Shown here: in pieces, positions 39,119-49,087 of the stretch
How positions within the stretch are numbered: the first letter of the stretch is position 1
Layout: the number at the start of each line of letters is the position of its first letter
DNA from: Candidatus Omnitrophota bacterium
GTDB lineage: Bacteria > Omnitrophota > Gorgyraeia > JAFGIU01
DNA: 64,000 nucleotides
Direction of reading: 5' to 3'
NCBI GenBank assembly: GCA_016929445.1
Contig: JAFGIU010000005.1
Span: 12,899 to 76,898, forward strand
Program-made: the position numbers and the translations under genes
Notes under the pieces: model-generated
What the model was told of the DNA's origin: nothing
The model's database searches: none
What the model saw: the letters and a program-made list of their open reading frames with translations, nothing else

Positions 39119-41890
39119 ATGAATCCGGAAATGCCGTCCACTTCCCCCAAAGACCTTCCCTTTGATATAGAGCAACTTCGGGCTCAGTCAGCGCAGCTTG
39201 TGTCATTTCTCAAAGATATTCTCCGGGAAAGCAGTTTTCCGCGGATTGCAAATGCGTTGCCGGACCTCTGTGGGGGAGTCGTACGTGAGGAGCCCGCATT
39301 GCGTCCGGTGACTCCGGCCGACTCCAAAGAGGAAGAAGCCGTCATTCAAGCGCACTCTATTTACTTCCATCTTTTGAGTATTGCGGAAGAGTTTGAGGCA
39401 GGCGCGCAACGGCGCATCAAAGAAAGAGAAGCCATTAGCGCTGTTCCGGGGGACGATCCCTCCAGGATCTGGACATTTCAGTCCGTAGTAAATGCCGCTG
39501 TGCGGCAAGGGGTGAAGGCAGAGCAGATCGAGGAGCTTTTGTCCGGCTTCGAAATTCAACCGGTGTTGACGGCGCATCCAACCGAAGCCAAACGGGTGAC
39601 TATTCTGGAGGCTCATCGCTTTATTTATGATTCGATCTACGAATTAGCCTACCGGGAACTCCGGAGCTGGGAACGGGAAATCTTAGTCCAGCGCATCCGA
39701 GCCCAAATCGAAATTCTCTGGCAGACCGGCGATATCTATCTGGAGAAACCCCGGGTTGTCGATGAGATCGAGAACGGGCTTTTCTATTTCCGGGAAACAC
39801 TTTATCCGGTAGTGCCGACAGTGCTTTCGCGTCTTTCCAAAGCCTTGCGCGGCGCTTTCCCCGGAGAGCGCTTTGGGGTGCCTTCAGTGCTGCAGTTTAG
39901 TAGTTGGCGCGGAGGGGACCGGGATGGGAATCCCTTTGTGACCGCGCAGGTGACCCGCCATGCCCTTATCCGGCATGCTGTGACAGTATTGGACCTTTAT
40001 GCCGGAGAGCTCCAGGCTCTCATCAAGCGCTTCTCCCAATCCGATTTGGAATGCCTAGTATCAGACGAACTCAAGGCCTCTTTGGATAGCGACTCGGCGT
40101 TGGTGGATGACTTCAGGGTTTTGGCAGAAAGAAATCTCCATGAGCCTTACCGGATTAAGTTAGGAACCATTCTGGCGAAGATACGCGCCAGAAGAAAGGC
40201 GGTTGAAGAGATTCCGAGGTTGGAGGATTGGCCGGCTCATGCCTATCAAAATGTGAATGAGTTGATAGAGGATGTCTCGATTATTCGAAGGAGTCTCCGG
40301 GAGAATGGCGGCAAGCAAGCCGATAACATGTGGATCAGGCCTTTTGAAATGCGGGTGCGCACATTCGGGCTTCATTTAGCGCGCCTGGATCTTCGTGAGA
40401 ATAGCGAGGTATTGGAGCGGGCTATTGAGGAAATCTCCCAAGCGACCGGCCAAGGCTCTTATCTCAATAAATCAGAAAAGGAGAAGCGGCAGTGGCTTGT
40501 GGAGCAGATCGAGTCCAAACGGCCACTGCTTGCCGAATGGCACCGTTATTCCGCAGGTACCCAGGAATTAATTGATACATTCCGCCTGGTTCCCTGGGCC
40601 TGGAATCATCTGGACCGCGAGTCTCTGGGTTCATTCGTTGTGTCTATGACCCGGGATATTTCGGATCTTTTGATGGTCTATCTCTTAGTTAAGGAAGTGG
40701 GAGGATTTGAGGAAGCCTATTGTCCGTTGTCAATCGTCCCGCTATTCGAGACCATTTCAGACTTGCAGAACTCCGCGCAAATGTTGGACGTGTTGTTCCA
40801 AATCCCGATTATCCAAAGGACGTTGGCGCACGCCAAGATGTCCCAACAGGTAATGGTGGGCTACTCAGATTCCAACAAGGACGGCGGTATACTTACCTCT
40901 CAATGGGAGATCTACAAAGCCCAAGAGTCCATGATGCAGGTGGCCGATAAGCACAAAGTCCGGCTTAAGTTTTTCCATGGTCGCGGGGGGTCGGTTTCGC
41001 GAGGCGGCGGTCCGACACACCGCACCATTTTGGGCCTCCCGCCCGGCACGTTGCGCGGAAGGATCAAAATTACGGAGCAAGGAGAGGTCATTTCCTCCAA
41101 GTACTCCAATTCGGAAACTGCGCTTTATCAGTTGAAACTCCTGGTGGGGAGTGTTTTGGCTGCAAGTCTTGGCAATGAGATGGGGCCTCCGCAGGTTCCT
41201 GAAGAATACCTGGCCGAAATGGAGAACTTGTCCAAGTCTTCCTATGAGGCCTACCATCGTTTTGTTCATCTGCCGGGATTTATGGATTATTTTCGCCAGA
41301 CCTCCCCCATCGATGTGCTGGGTTTGCTCAATATCGGTTCGCGTCCGACCAAACGCCGGGACACTTTGGAGATCAAAGATCTGCGGGCCATTCCCTGGGT
41401 CTTTTCCTGGAATCAAAACCGCCATCTTATTTCGGCATGGTATGGAGCGGGGACGGCCTTTAAGGAGGCTGCCTCCGATCCAAGACGGCTGGAGTGCTTT
41501 CGCCGGATGTACAAGGAGTGGGGATTTTTCAACAACCTTGTGCTCTCTTTGAAGAAGAGCATCCTTGTGGCGGATATGGATATCGCCAAGGAGTATTCTC
41601 TGTTGTGCGATAATGCGGAGTTGGCCGGGCGAATTTATTCCGAAGTCGCCATGGAGCATGAAGCTTTGCGAACGGCTCTTTTGGCGATTGCCGGAGTGCA
41701 AAGTCTGGAAGATGAAATCCCCAATACTTCAATTATGAGGGAGATTCGTTCGCCCGGTTTAAAGGAGATTCACCGCACGCAGATTCGCTTGCTCAAGAAA
41801 GTATTGACTGGTTCGGGTACTGAGCTGGACCGCACTCACTTGCTGCTCAGTATCAACTGCATTGCCGCAGGATTAGGGATCACGGGATAA
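39119..41890 (+). CDS. ppc: phosphoenolpyruvate carboxylase
   Basis: VLTAHPTE, GYSDSNKDGG and FHGRGGSVSRGGGP motifs. 923 aa with C-terminal ...LGITG. Confidence 0.95.
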   Translation: MNPEMPSTSPKDLPFDIEQLRAQSAQLVSFLKDILRESSFPRIANALPDLCGGVVREEPALRPVTPADSKEEEAVIQAHSIYFHLLSIAEEFEAGAQRRIKEREAISAVPGDDPSRIWTFQSVVNAAVRQGVKAEQIEELLSGFEIQPVLTAHPTEAKRVTILEAHRFIYDSIYELAYRELRSWEREILVQRIRAQIEILWQTGDIYLEKPRVVDEIENGLFYFRETLYPVVPTVLSRLSKALRGAFPGERFGVPSVLQFSSWRGGDRDGNPFVTAQVTRHALIRHAVTVLDLYAGELQALIKRFSQSDLECLVSDELKASLDSDSALVDDFRVLAERNLHEPYRIKLGTILAKIRARRKAVEEIPRLEDWPAHAYQNVNELIEDVSIIRRSLRENGGKQADNMWIRPFEMRVRTFGLHLARLDLRENSEVLERAIEEISQATGQGSYLNKSEKEKRQWLVEQIESKRPLLAEWHRYSAGTQELIDTFRLVPWAWNHLDRESLGSFVVSMTRDISDLLMVYLLVKEVGGFEEAYCPLSIVPLFETISDLQNSAQMLDVLFQIPIIQRTLAHAKMSQQVMVGYSDSNKDGGILTSQWEIYKAQESMMQVADKHKVRLKFFHGRGGSVSRGGGPTHRTILGLPPGTLRGRIKITEQGEVISSKYSNSETALYQLKLLVGSVLAASLGNEMGPPQVPEEYLAEMENLSKSSYEAYHRFVHLPGFMDYFRQTSPIDVLGLLNIGSRPTKRRDTLEIKDLRAIPWVFSWNQNRHLISAWYGAGTAFKEAASDPRRLECFRRMYKEWGFFNNLVLSLKKSILVADMDIAKEYSLLCDNAELAGRIYSEVAMEHEALRTALLAIAGVQSLEDEIPNTSIMREIRSPGLKEIHRTQIRLLKKVLTGSGTELDRTHLLLSINCIAAGLGITG

Positions 41891-41894
41891 GCTG

Positions 41895-43265
41895 ATGGAA
41901 CAAATCGAGCTCGAAGAGTGTCTGAAGAATTCCGCCGGCCTGGAGGATTGGCAGGCGATTGCCGATTCCCTTCCTTCCCTGCACCCGGCGGCTGCTGCCG
42001 CATTTCTCCAAACCCACTGCAAAGACAATATCCCGAAGGTCTGTTCGCTCATAAGGCGCACCTTTGCTGCGGATCTTCTCGAAGCACTTCCGGACGATAT
42101 CGCTGCGCAGGTTCTGCACCACCTTCTGGAACAGGACCCTCAGTTTGCCACAAGGGTCGTGCGGGCAATGCGCACGGACGAGACAGCGGATATTCTGCAA
42201 GACATATCCAATGAGGATCGCAACGCGATTCTGTCCTCTCTGACACAGCGGGATGCGGAAGCTGCGGCGAAGCTGTTGTCTTACCCGGAAGATACAGCCG
42301 GCGGGCTCATGCAAACGGAGCTCATTTCCATTCCCGTAGATTCTGTGGCAGCAGAGGTGGTTGGGGAGTTGAGATCCAAGGTCCGCAGATACTCGGAATA
42401 TCCTGCGACCTATCTTTATGTGGTAGACACTGAGAATCGTCTTGTGGGAACAGTGACTCCCCGGGCACTGCTCCTATGCGACGCTGATACACCGCTCTCG
42501 GAAATTATGAATGGTGACCCGACTTCCATTCCGGTGGATCTGCCGGCAGAAGAGGTTGTGAATGCCTTCAGGGACTACCACTATTTGGCTTTGCCGGTGG
42601 TGGATGACAAGGAGCGTTTGCTGGGGGTCGTGACCCACCGCGCTGCCATGGAAGAGGCGGAGGAGCAGGCGGATGAGGAACTCCTGGAAATGGTCGGTAT
42701 TGTCGGCGGTGAAGAGTTCCGCGACAATCCTCTGTGGAGCCGGTCCTGGCGGCGGCTGTCGTGGCTGGGCATCAATGTGCTTCTCAATATGATTGCCGCG
42801 AGTGTGATCGCGGTGTACGCGGGCGTGATCGAAGCAGTGGTGGCCATTGCCGTGTTCTTACCAATTATTTCCGATATGAGCGGATGTGCGGGCAATCAGG
42901 CGATTGCCGTGAGCATTCGTGAGCTTTCCACGGGCCGCACCAGGCCAAAAGATTATTTGAGAGTCTTATGGAAGGAGATGTCGGTTGGTTTTATTAACGG
43001 GCCAGCCTTGGGTGTTTTGATTGGAGTCGTGGCGTGGTTATGGTACGGCAATGCGTGGCTGGGGGTGATCGTAGGTCTTGCCCTTGCTCTCAACACCTTT
43101 GTTGCGTTGGCCTTGGGAAGTTTGATTCCCTTGGGCCTCCGGGCTGTGGGCAAGGATCCTGCCTTGGCTTCCGGGCCTATCCTAACCACCATCACCGATC
43201 TCTGCGGATTCTGGATTCTTCTGGCTCTTGCAGCCTGGGCGATCCGGAATTTAGGGTTGTCTTGA
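41895..43265 (+). CDS. mgtE: magnesium transporter MgtE (N-domain, tandem CBS, 5-TM pore)
   Basis: CBS pair, then a membrane domain with a GNxA-like motif. The gene sits 4 nt after ppc. Confidence 0.9.
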   Translation: MEQIELEECLKNSAGLEDWQAIADSLPSLHPAAAAAFLQTHCKDNIPKVCSLIRRTFAADLLEALPDDIAAQVLHHLLEQDPQFATRVVRAMRTDETADILQDISNEDRNAILSSLTQRDAEAAAKLLSYPEDTAGGLMQTELISIPVDSVAAEVVGELRSKVRRYSEYPATYLYVVDTENRLVGTVTPRALLLCDADTPLSEIMNGDPTSIPVDLPAEEVVNAFRDYHYLALPVVDDKERLLGVVTHRAAMEEAEEQADEELLEMVGIVGGEEFRDNPLWSRSWRRLSWLGINVLLNMIAASVIAVYAGVIEAVVAIAVFLPIISDMSGCAGNQAIAVSIRELSTGRTRPKDYLRVLWKEMSVGFINGPALGVLIGVVAWLWYGNAWLGVIVGLALALNTFVALALGSLIPLGLRAVGKDPALASGPILTTITDLCGFWILLALAAWAIRNLGLS

Positions 43266-43277
43266 GATGAAACTCTT

Positions 43278-44198
43278 ATGATTAAACCCGCACCCATCAG
43301 ACCCGGAGACACCATCGGAATTGTGGCAGCCGCCAGTGCCTTTGATAAAGACAACTTCATTCGCGGCGTGGAGAAGCTGCGTTCTCTGGGATTCCGGGTG
43401 AAGTATGAGCGGGCCATCTTTAACCCGTGTTGGTCCAAACCCGGGCACAACCGGCAGCGTGCCGCGCAAATCAATCGCATGTATCTCGACCCCAAGGTCA
43501 AGGCTATCTTGTGCGCCAAGGCCGGGTATGGTTCGATTCAAATTCTGCCTTTCCTCAATAAAAGAGTGATTCGCCGCAATCCCAAGATTTTTGTGGGCTA
43601 CAGCGATATCACCAATCTCTTGCTCTTTCTTCAGAAGATTTCCGATACGGTTGTATTTCACGGTCCTGTGGTGGCCAACGAAATCTACGAGGGGATGAAC
43701 TCAGTCACACTCTCCTACTTGGAACGCGCACTTACTCATACGGAACCTTTAGGACCGATCCTGGCTCCGCACCTGGTGGCCCTGAGCCCGGGCAGGGCCA
43801 CAGGCCGGCTGGCGGGAGGCAATCTTTCTTTGATCACGGCCATGATCGGGACTCCTTACAGCTTGTCCACCGAGGACTCCATTCTTTTTCTGGAAGAGGT
43901 GGATGAGACTTTGGAGCAAACCCGGAGATTCCTGTTTAAACTGAGGCAAGCCGGGAAGTTCCGGCGAATCAGGGGAGTCCTGTTCGGGCAAATGGTGGAA
44001 TGCTTTGAAGAGTTCGATGAGTTTCGGGCTCTGGTTGCGGAAGTGTTTGCGGGGTACGATATCCCCATCCTGTTCGGTTTTCCCTCAGGGCACAAGAGTG
44101 AGCGCGAGGCGCCGCATGTGACTCTTCCTTTGGGAGTCCAGGCAACAATAGACGCGGACAAGCTGCTGTTTCAAATCGACGAATCCGGGGTGGCCTGA
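43278..44198 (+). CDS. ldcA: LD-carboxypeptidase (peptidase S66, muramoyltetrapeptide carboxypeptidase)
   Basis: GDTIGIVAAAS N-terminus, a Ser nucleophile region (FVGYSDITNLL), and C-terminal His/Glu. Confidence 0.8.
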   Translation: MIKPAPIRPGDTIGIVAAASAFDKDNFIRGVEKLRSLGFRVKYERAIFNPCWSKPGHNRQRAAQINRMYLDPKVKAILCAKAGYGSIQILPFLNKRVIRRNPKIFVGYSDITNLLLFLQKISDTVVFHGPVVANEIYEGMNSVTLSYLERALTHTEPLGPILAPHLVALSPGRATGRLAGGNLSLITAMIGTPYSLSTEDSILFLEEVDETLEQTRRFLFKLRQAGKFRRIRGVLFGQMVECFEEFDEFRALVAEVFAGYDIPILFGFPSGHKSEREAPHVTLPLGVQATIDADKLLFQIDESGVA

Positions 44199-44199
44199 A

Positions 44200-45228
44200 T
44201 TGAAAACATACGATTTTGCCTTGAACTGGGGAGGCACGATAAAAGAGAAATTTGTCGATCATCTCCAGGCGGTCTGCAAGCAGAAGAATCTCTCTATGTT
44301 ATGGATTACCGAAGAGAATGTGCGGCAGGTAATCCGGGATTTGGAAGAAAAAAATATGAGGATCAAAGTGTGTTTGGACGGCCAGGCCACGTATCACAAG
44401 AAGGGAGATCCTTACGCAAGGGTTTGTTACGCAGCGAAGGATGCGGGGGGAATGGTCATCAATGATCCGGACCGCACTCAGTTGGCGGTTAATAAGGCTG
44501 CCATTTATTATGAGCTGACCCATGCGGGGGTGCTGGCCCCGTACACAGTTGTGGTTCGTAACTGGCAGCCTCAAACATACAGGCTTCCGGATGAAGAAAG
44601 GGCCAAGCTGGGTGTTCCTTTTGTGATCAAGCCTTCCTTGGGATTTGGCCAATTGGGGGTTATCCGCGAAGCCAAAGGGACCATTCGGGAAATCGCCGGA
44701 GCGCGCAAGTACGATCGCGGAGACGACTTTTTGCTGCAGGAAAGGATTGTGCCAATTCACCTCAATGGAAACCGTGCTTGGTTCAGAGTTTTCAACCTTT
44801 TTGACACGATCATCCCTTGCTGGTGGGATGATGTGGCCAACCGCTACGCCCATGTGTCCTATGAAGAATTCAATGCGTATAGTCTGTACCCTTTGGTGAA
44901 GATTGTGTCCAAGATTGCGCAAATTACCCAAATGTCCTGGTTTTCAACTGAGATAGCCATTGATGAAAAAGAAGGAAAGCGGCGTTTTCTGGCCATAGAT
45001 TTCGTCAATGACCAATGCGATATGTCGGCTCAGTCCGAACACGACAATGGAGTTCCGGATCCTGTGGTGGAGTATACGGCGCGGCGTATGATCGAGACAA
45101 CTTGCCAGTATCTCAGCGGAGAGAAAGCACAAAGGAAGTACGAGATTTGGCTGAAGGACGCCACAGTTCAGTTGCGGGGGCTTGGGAAACCTCCGGAGCT
45201 GCTTGGGGTTAGATTATCTTCTTCATGA
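44200..45228 (+). CDS. ATP-grasp-fold enzyme of unknown specificity
   Basis: VIKPSLGFGQLGV (P-loop-like), FLLQERIV, and LAIDFVND catalytic-loop pattern. Confidence 0.45.
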   Translation: MKTYDFALNWGGTIKEKFVDHLQAVCKQKNLSMLWITEENVRQVIRDLEEKNMRIKVCLDGQATYHKKGDPYARVCYAAKDAGGMVINDPDRTQLAVNKAAIYYELTHAGVLAPYTVVVRNWQPQTYRLPDEERAKLGVPFVIKPSLGFGQLGVIREAKGTIREIAGARKYDRGDDFLLQERIVPIHLNGNRAWFRVFNLFDTIIPCWWDDVANRYAHVSYEEFNAYSLYPLVKIVSKIAQITQMSWFSTEIAIDEKEGKRRFLAIDFVNDQCDMSAQSEHDNGVPDPVVEYTARRMIETTCQYLSGEKAQRKYEIWLKDATVQLRGLGKPPELLGVRLSSS

Positions 45229-46699
45229 AGCGCTCGAGCCGGCTATAAGGGAAGTAAACGAGCGTGCGCAGACCTGCCACGTTCGAAACATGCCGCACGG
45301 ATTTCCGGACTTCAGAAAAGAGCGCCGGCAACACAATGTCCTCTTCCACCTCTCCCTCCTCTTGCACGGCAATAAGGCGGGCCAAAGCATAGAAGCCTGC
45401 AATCACGGCCAATATAAATAGGAAGTCCAAACTCCTCAGATCCATGGCAACCACCTGGAAATGCCGGCCGATGTGTTCCGAGGACCACCTAATGAGCACG
45501 CTCAGTTCCTGCCCGGCAAACCAGTCTGCCCCGAATCCGGCCAGGATGGGAGCCAGAGTTGCCGCCACCCCGGAAACCAGGGCGTTGGTGGCCAAATAGG
45601 CTGTGGCATCGCCTCTTGGAGCGAGCTTCATGGCAATATTAAAGGAGGCGAGCGTGACGCCGGCCGTGCTCATTCCCGCCAACATGTGGATGAGCACGAG
45701 CAGGGGAATCGTGAGGAAATACTTGTCTGGCATGGTCGTAAAAGGCCAAAGCCCAATGCTCAGGATAAACAAAGGCCCTGACGCAGCGAGCACGGACTTG
45801 TTGCTGAACTTGTCCGCCAGAGGCCCCCACCATTTGAGAAAGGCCACATTGACCAATTGGCTGAGCACGGAGAGTCCCAGGACCATGCCCATACCCAGGC
45901 CCAGCCGTTTGAGCATGTAGACCGTGAAAAAGGGGGCAGCCAGGTTGACTGCGAAGCTCCACCATCCCAGAAAAATGAGAAGCTGACGAAAGTTCTTTTG
46001 GCGAAAGGGTTTACCAAGGGCTTGAAAGAGGTCAAAGCGTTCGACCGGCGCCATTTGAGGCTCGGGCGCTTTGGAAAGGAAGTAAATACCCAAAAGTCCC
46101 GCCGCAGCCCCCACCAGGAAAATGATTGGATAAATGCCGATTTCATTTTGAAAGTGCTTCTTGTAAAGATCCAGCCCCAGCCCCGCAAAGATACTGAGCA
46201 CCGCGGAGAGCAGGGTAGCAATTGCCAGCCGGTTCCCGAAATAGGAGCCCATGATGTTTTCCGGGATCAAATCGCGCATCCAGGAGGTCCAGGCACCGCC
46301 TGAAAGTGTTCCCAGACCAAAGTAAAGGAACAAAAAGATCAAGAGGGCTGGGATGCGAGCGGGCTCGGGCAAGAACCAGGGAATGAGGGCAATTCCGATC
46401 CAGAAGAGCCGGCTCAGAAAGGAGGCTGCCACAACCAGCAGTTTGCGCATGCGCGAGCGCTCGACCAGATAAATAGCCGGGATTTGCAGGAGCTGGGTCA
46501 GAGGGCCTGCCGCGGCAATGAGGCCGATTACTTTGTTGGAAGCCCCCAGCAGGAGGGCAAAGGCCACCAGAAAGGCGCCGCCTGTGAGCACTCCCATGAT
46601 CTGCGAGCAGATGCCGTCAAAAAGCACCATGCGCAGGCCTTGCTGTACATCGCCTTCGCTGATTTCTGCCTGGGGTTTGAGTCGGTGCAGAGGGTTCAT
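45209..46699 (-). CDS. MFS transporter (possibly AmpG/muropeptide-permease-like)
   Basis: 12-14 TM, ~496 aa. Neighbourhood with ldcA suggests peptidoglycan recycling, but the sequence-level call is only MFS. Confidence 0.65.
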   Translation of the reverse strand: MNPLHRLKPQAEISEGDVQQGLRMVLFDGICSQIMGVLTGGAFLVAFALLLGASNKVIGLIAAAGPLTQLLQIPAIYLVERSRMRKLLVVAASFLSRLFWIGIALIPWFLPEPARIPALLIFLFLYFGLGTLSGGAWTSWMRDLIPENIMGSYFGNRLAIATLLSAVLSIFAGLGLDLYKKHFQNEIGIYPIIFLVGAAAGLLGIYFLSKAPEPQMAPVERFDLFQALGKPFRQKNFRQLLIFLGWWSFAVNLAAPFFTVYMLKRLGLGMGMVLGLSVLSQLVNVAFLKWWGPLADKFSNKSVLAASGPLFILSIGLWPFTTMPDKYFLTIPLLVLIHMLAGMSTAGVTLASFNIAMKLAPRGDATAYLATNALVSGVAATLAPILAGFGADWFAGQELSVLIRWSSEHIGRHFQVVAMDLRSLDFLFILAVIAGFYALARLIAVQEEGEVEEDIVLPALFSEVRKSVRHVSNVAGLRTLVYFPYSRLERFMKKII

Positions 46700-46743
46700 A
46701 TTAAGTATGCTCTGATAGAGTAGGTATTATAGAATAGATATCC

Positions 46744-47871
46744 ATGAAATCAGCAAATGATCTCATTCACTCCGTGGGCCGTGGCGTTCAATCCGCGGGC
46801 CGGAGCGCCCAAAGCCTCTTCAAACGCCGCATCCCTCCAGGATCTTCTCCGGGCACCTTAGTGGTCCATCCGGATGCTCCAAAACCGCGTATCTTTGTTC
46901 TGGATTTTGACTCCAACAATCTCAATGAAAGAGAAATCCAGGATGTTTCCGAGCTGTCTTCTTTTCGCGATAGTAATACCGTGACGTGGATAGACGTTCA
47001 AGGCTTGGGGGATGTGGAGCTTATCGGGCGATTGGGGGAGATTTTTGGCCTGCATCGCCTTGCGCTGGAAGACGCGGTCCACACGGGCCAGCGGGCCAAG
47101 GTGGAGTCCTATGACGATCACTTGTTCATCATTGCCCGGATGATTCTCCTGCGAGAGCATCTCGAAACAGAGCAAGTGAGCTTTTTTCTGGGGCCAAACT
47201 GGGTGCTCACCTTTCAGGAGAAGCCCGGGGATGTGTTTGAACCGGTCCGGCAGCGTATCCGTGGGGGCAGAGGCAAGATTCGTACAGGCGGCACGGACTA
47301 TCTAACCTACGCGCTCTTGGACGCGATTGTGGATCACTACTTTCCGGTGTTGGAAGCTTACGGGGACCAGTTGGCCGGTTTGGAAGAGCGAGTCGTGAGC
47401 TCCCCGGACTACGGGGTCTTGATGCAGATCTATGCCCTCAAGCGGGATCTGCTGTCCCTGAGGCGCGCGATTTGGCCGGCGAGAGAGGCCTTTAACAGCT
47501 TGGTGCGGGATGAATCGGAGTTGATTCAGAAGGAAACAGTCACCTTTCTCCGGGACTGCTATGACCACGCGGTGCAGGTTATTGATCTGGTGGAGAACTA
47601 TCGGGAACTATCCACCGGGTTGATGGATGCCTATCTCTCTGGCGTGAGCAACCGGATGAACGAGGTCATGAAAGTCCTCACCGTGATTGCGACGATTTTT
47701 ATCCCCCTGACCTTTGTGGCCGGGATTTACGGAATGAACTTTAATCCGGAAAGATCGCCCTGGAATATGCCGGAGCTCAATGCGTATTTTGGGTATCCCT
47801 TGGCGATTCTCGGAATGTTGGGAATCGGAATTGGGCTGGTTGTCTTCTTTAGAAAAAAACAGTGGTTTTGA
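46744..47871 (+). CDS. corA: CorA-family Mg2+/Co2+ transporter
   Basis: Cytoplasmic funnel domain, then two C-terminal TM helices with YGMNF (GMN motif). Confidence 0.9.
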   Translation: MKSANDLIHSVGRGVQSAGRSAQSLFKRRIPPGSSPGTLVVHPDAPKPRIFVLDFDSNNLNEREIQDVSELSSFRDSNTVTWIDVQGLGDVELIGRLGEIFGLHRLALEDAVHTGQRAKVESYDDHLFIIARMILLREHLETEQVSFFLGPNWVLTFQEKPGDVFEPVRQRIRGGRGKIRTGGTDYLTYALLDAIVDHYFPVLEAYGDQLAGLEERVVSSPDYGVLMQIYALKRDLLSLRRAIWPAREAFNSLVRDESELIQKETVTFLRDCYDHAVQVIDLVENYRELSTGLMDAYLSGVSNRMNEVMKVLTVIATIFIPLTFVAGIYGMNFNPERSPWNMPELNAYFGYPLAILGMLGIGIGLVVFFRKKQWF

Positions 47872-47957
47872 CTCCGAGGCAAAAGATGTCGGCTTGGACC
47901 TTTGGAAACCTCAAGAGGTAGAACAAGGGACGGTTTGCTTTTGGCAGGCCGGGCCGC

Positions 47958-48190
47958 TCAAGCTATGGTAACAATCTCTTGCAAGATCTCTTTGGACTTC
48001 TTCCAGTCACTTCCGAAGGTCTCAGTCGCAGGCATCTCATTCCAGATATAGCGAAATCCTTTGGTGTAGTTGATTAGAGGTTTCGTGAAAACTATTGAAT
48101 TGGGGATGTGGATAATGCGCCCCGTGAGCTGCGGTTCGGAAATCCTGCGGGTGGCGATTCTCTTTCTGTTAGAATGCCTCCTGAAAGGGG
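47958..48190 (-). pseudogene. C-terminal remnant of an MscS-family mechanosensitive channel gene
   Basis: The minus-strand frame ending at TGA 47958-47960 reads ...LTGRIIHIPNSIVFTKPLINYTKGFRYIWNEMPATETFGSDWKKSKEILQEIVTIA*. This matches the MscS beta-domain motif ([23 protein letters not shown]...DSDIDQVKQIL). No start codon and no TM region lie upstream. Confidence 0.35.
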
Positions 48191-48214
48191 ACTCTAGGAA
48201 CTGTCCATATCGCC

Positions 48215-49048
48215 ATGAATAAAAAATTGTTCTGGATACCGGCTGTAGTTGTCTTTTTGGCGGTCTTTACCGGGATCTATGCCCTTTATATCGAACCGAA
48301 CTGGTTGCGTGTGCGTAAGATCGATGTGCAACTTCCGAGCGAGTACGCTGCCCAGGACGGCCTGACCGTACTCCACCTTTCCGACTTCCAACTCAGGAAC
48401 CCTCAAATCGGCTGGCGCGAACGCCGGGTTGCAGCGCTCGCGCGCCAACTGGATCCGGACCTGGTGGTGGTCACCGGGGATGTGATCGAGGGCTATGTCA
48501 GTTACCAGGCTTGGATTGATTACGTGTCTGCGCTGCCTTCCCGTTACGGTGTTTATGCAGTGGCCGGGAATTGGGAGCACTGGGGCGATGTGAACATCTG
48601 GGAGATGAGAGAGGATTTGGCTAACCGGGGCGTGAGCTTGCTCGTCAATGAGATCGCGCGGGTTCCGGTGGGGGAGCGCGGACACATCGAGATTCTGGGT
48701 CTGGACAACCGTACCTTCCAATACCAGCCGTTTCTGGCGAAGTTATTGGAAGAATCCGATCCGCGGCTCTTTCGTTTGTTGCTGGTGCACGCGCCTGTGG
48801 CTTTTCACCAGGCCGCCCGCGGCGGGATTCCCTTAACTCTGGCCGGGCACACACAGGGCGGGCAAATCTGTTTGCCTTTTGTGGGGCCTTTGCGCCGGGC
48901 TGTGCCGGGCATCAGCGGCTATTTCTACGGGCTTTACCGGGAGAAACAAAGCCAGATGTATGTGACCTCCGGAGTCGGCACATCCACCATTCCCATCCGG
49001 TTTTTTGCCCGGCCTGAAGTGGTGCTCATTCGGCTGAAGAAGGACTAG
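48215..49048 (+). CDS. calcineurin-like metallophosphoesterase (YkuE-like) with N-terminal TM anchor
   Basis: Metal-ligand motifs LHLSDFQ, VTGDVIEG, GNWEHW, and HAP...GHTQGGQ. Confidence 0.8.
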   Translation: MNKKLFWIPAVVVFLAVFTGIYALYIEPNWLRVRKIDVQLPSEYAAQDGLTVLHLSDFQLRNPQIGWRERRVAALARQLDPDLVVVTGDVIEGYVSYQAWIDYVSALPSRYGVYAVAGNWEHWGDVNIWEMREDLANRGVSLLVNEIARVPVGERGHIEILGLDNRTFQYQPFLAKLLEESDPRLFRLLLVHAPVAFHQAARGGIPLTLAGHTQGGQICLPFVGPLRRAVPGISGYFYGLYREKQSQMYVTSGVGTSTIPIRFFARPEVVLIRLKKD

Positions 49049-49087
49049 AGGAAGCCGTCATTGCGAGGCGTGGCAATCTATGTTGCG

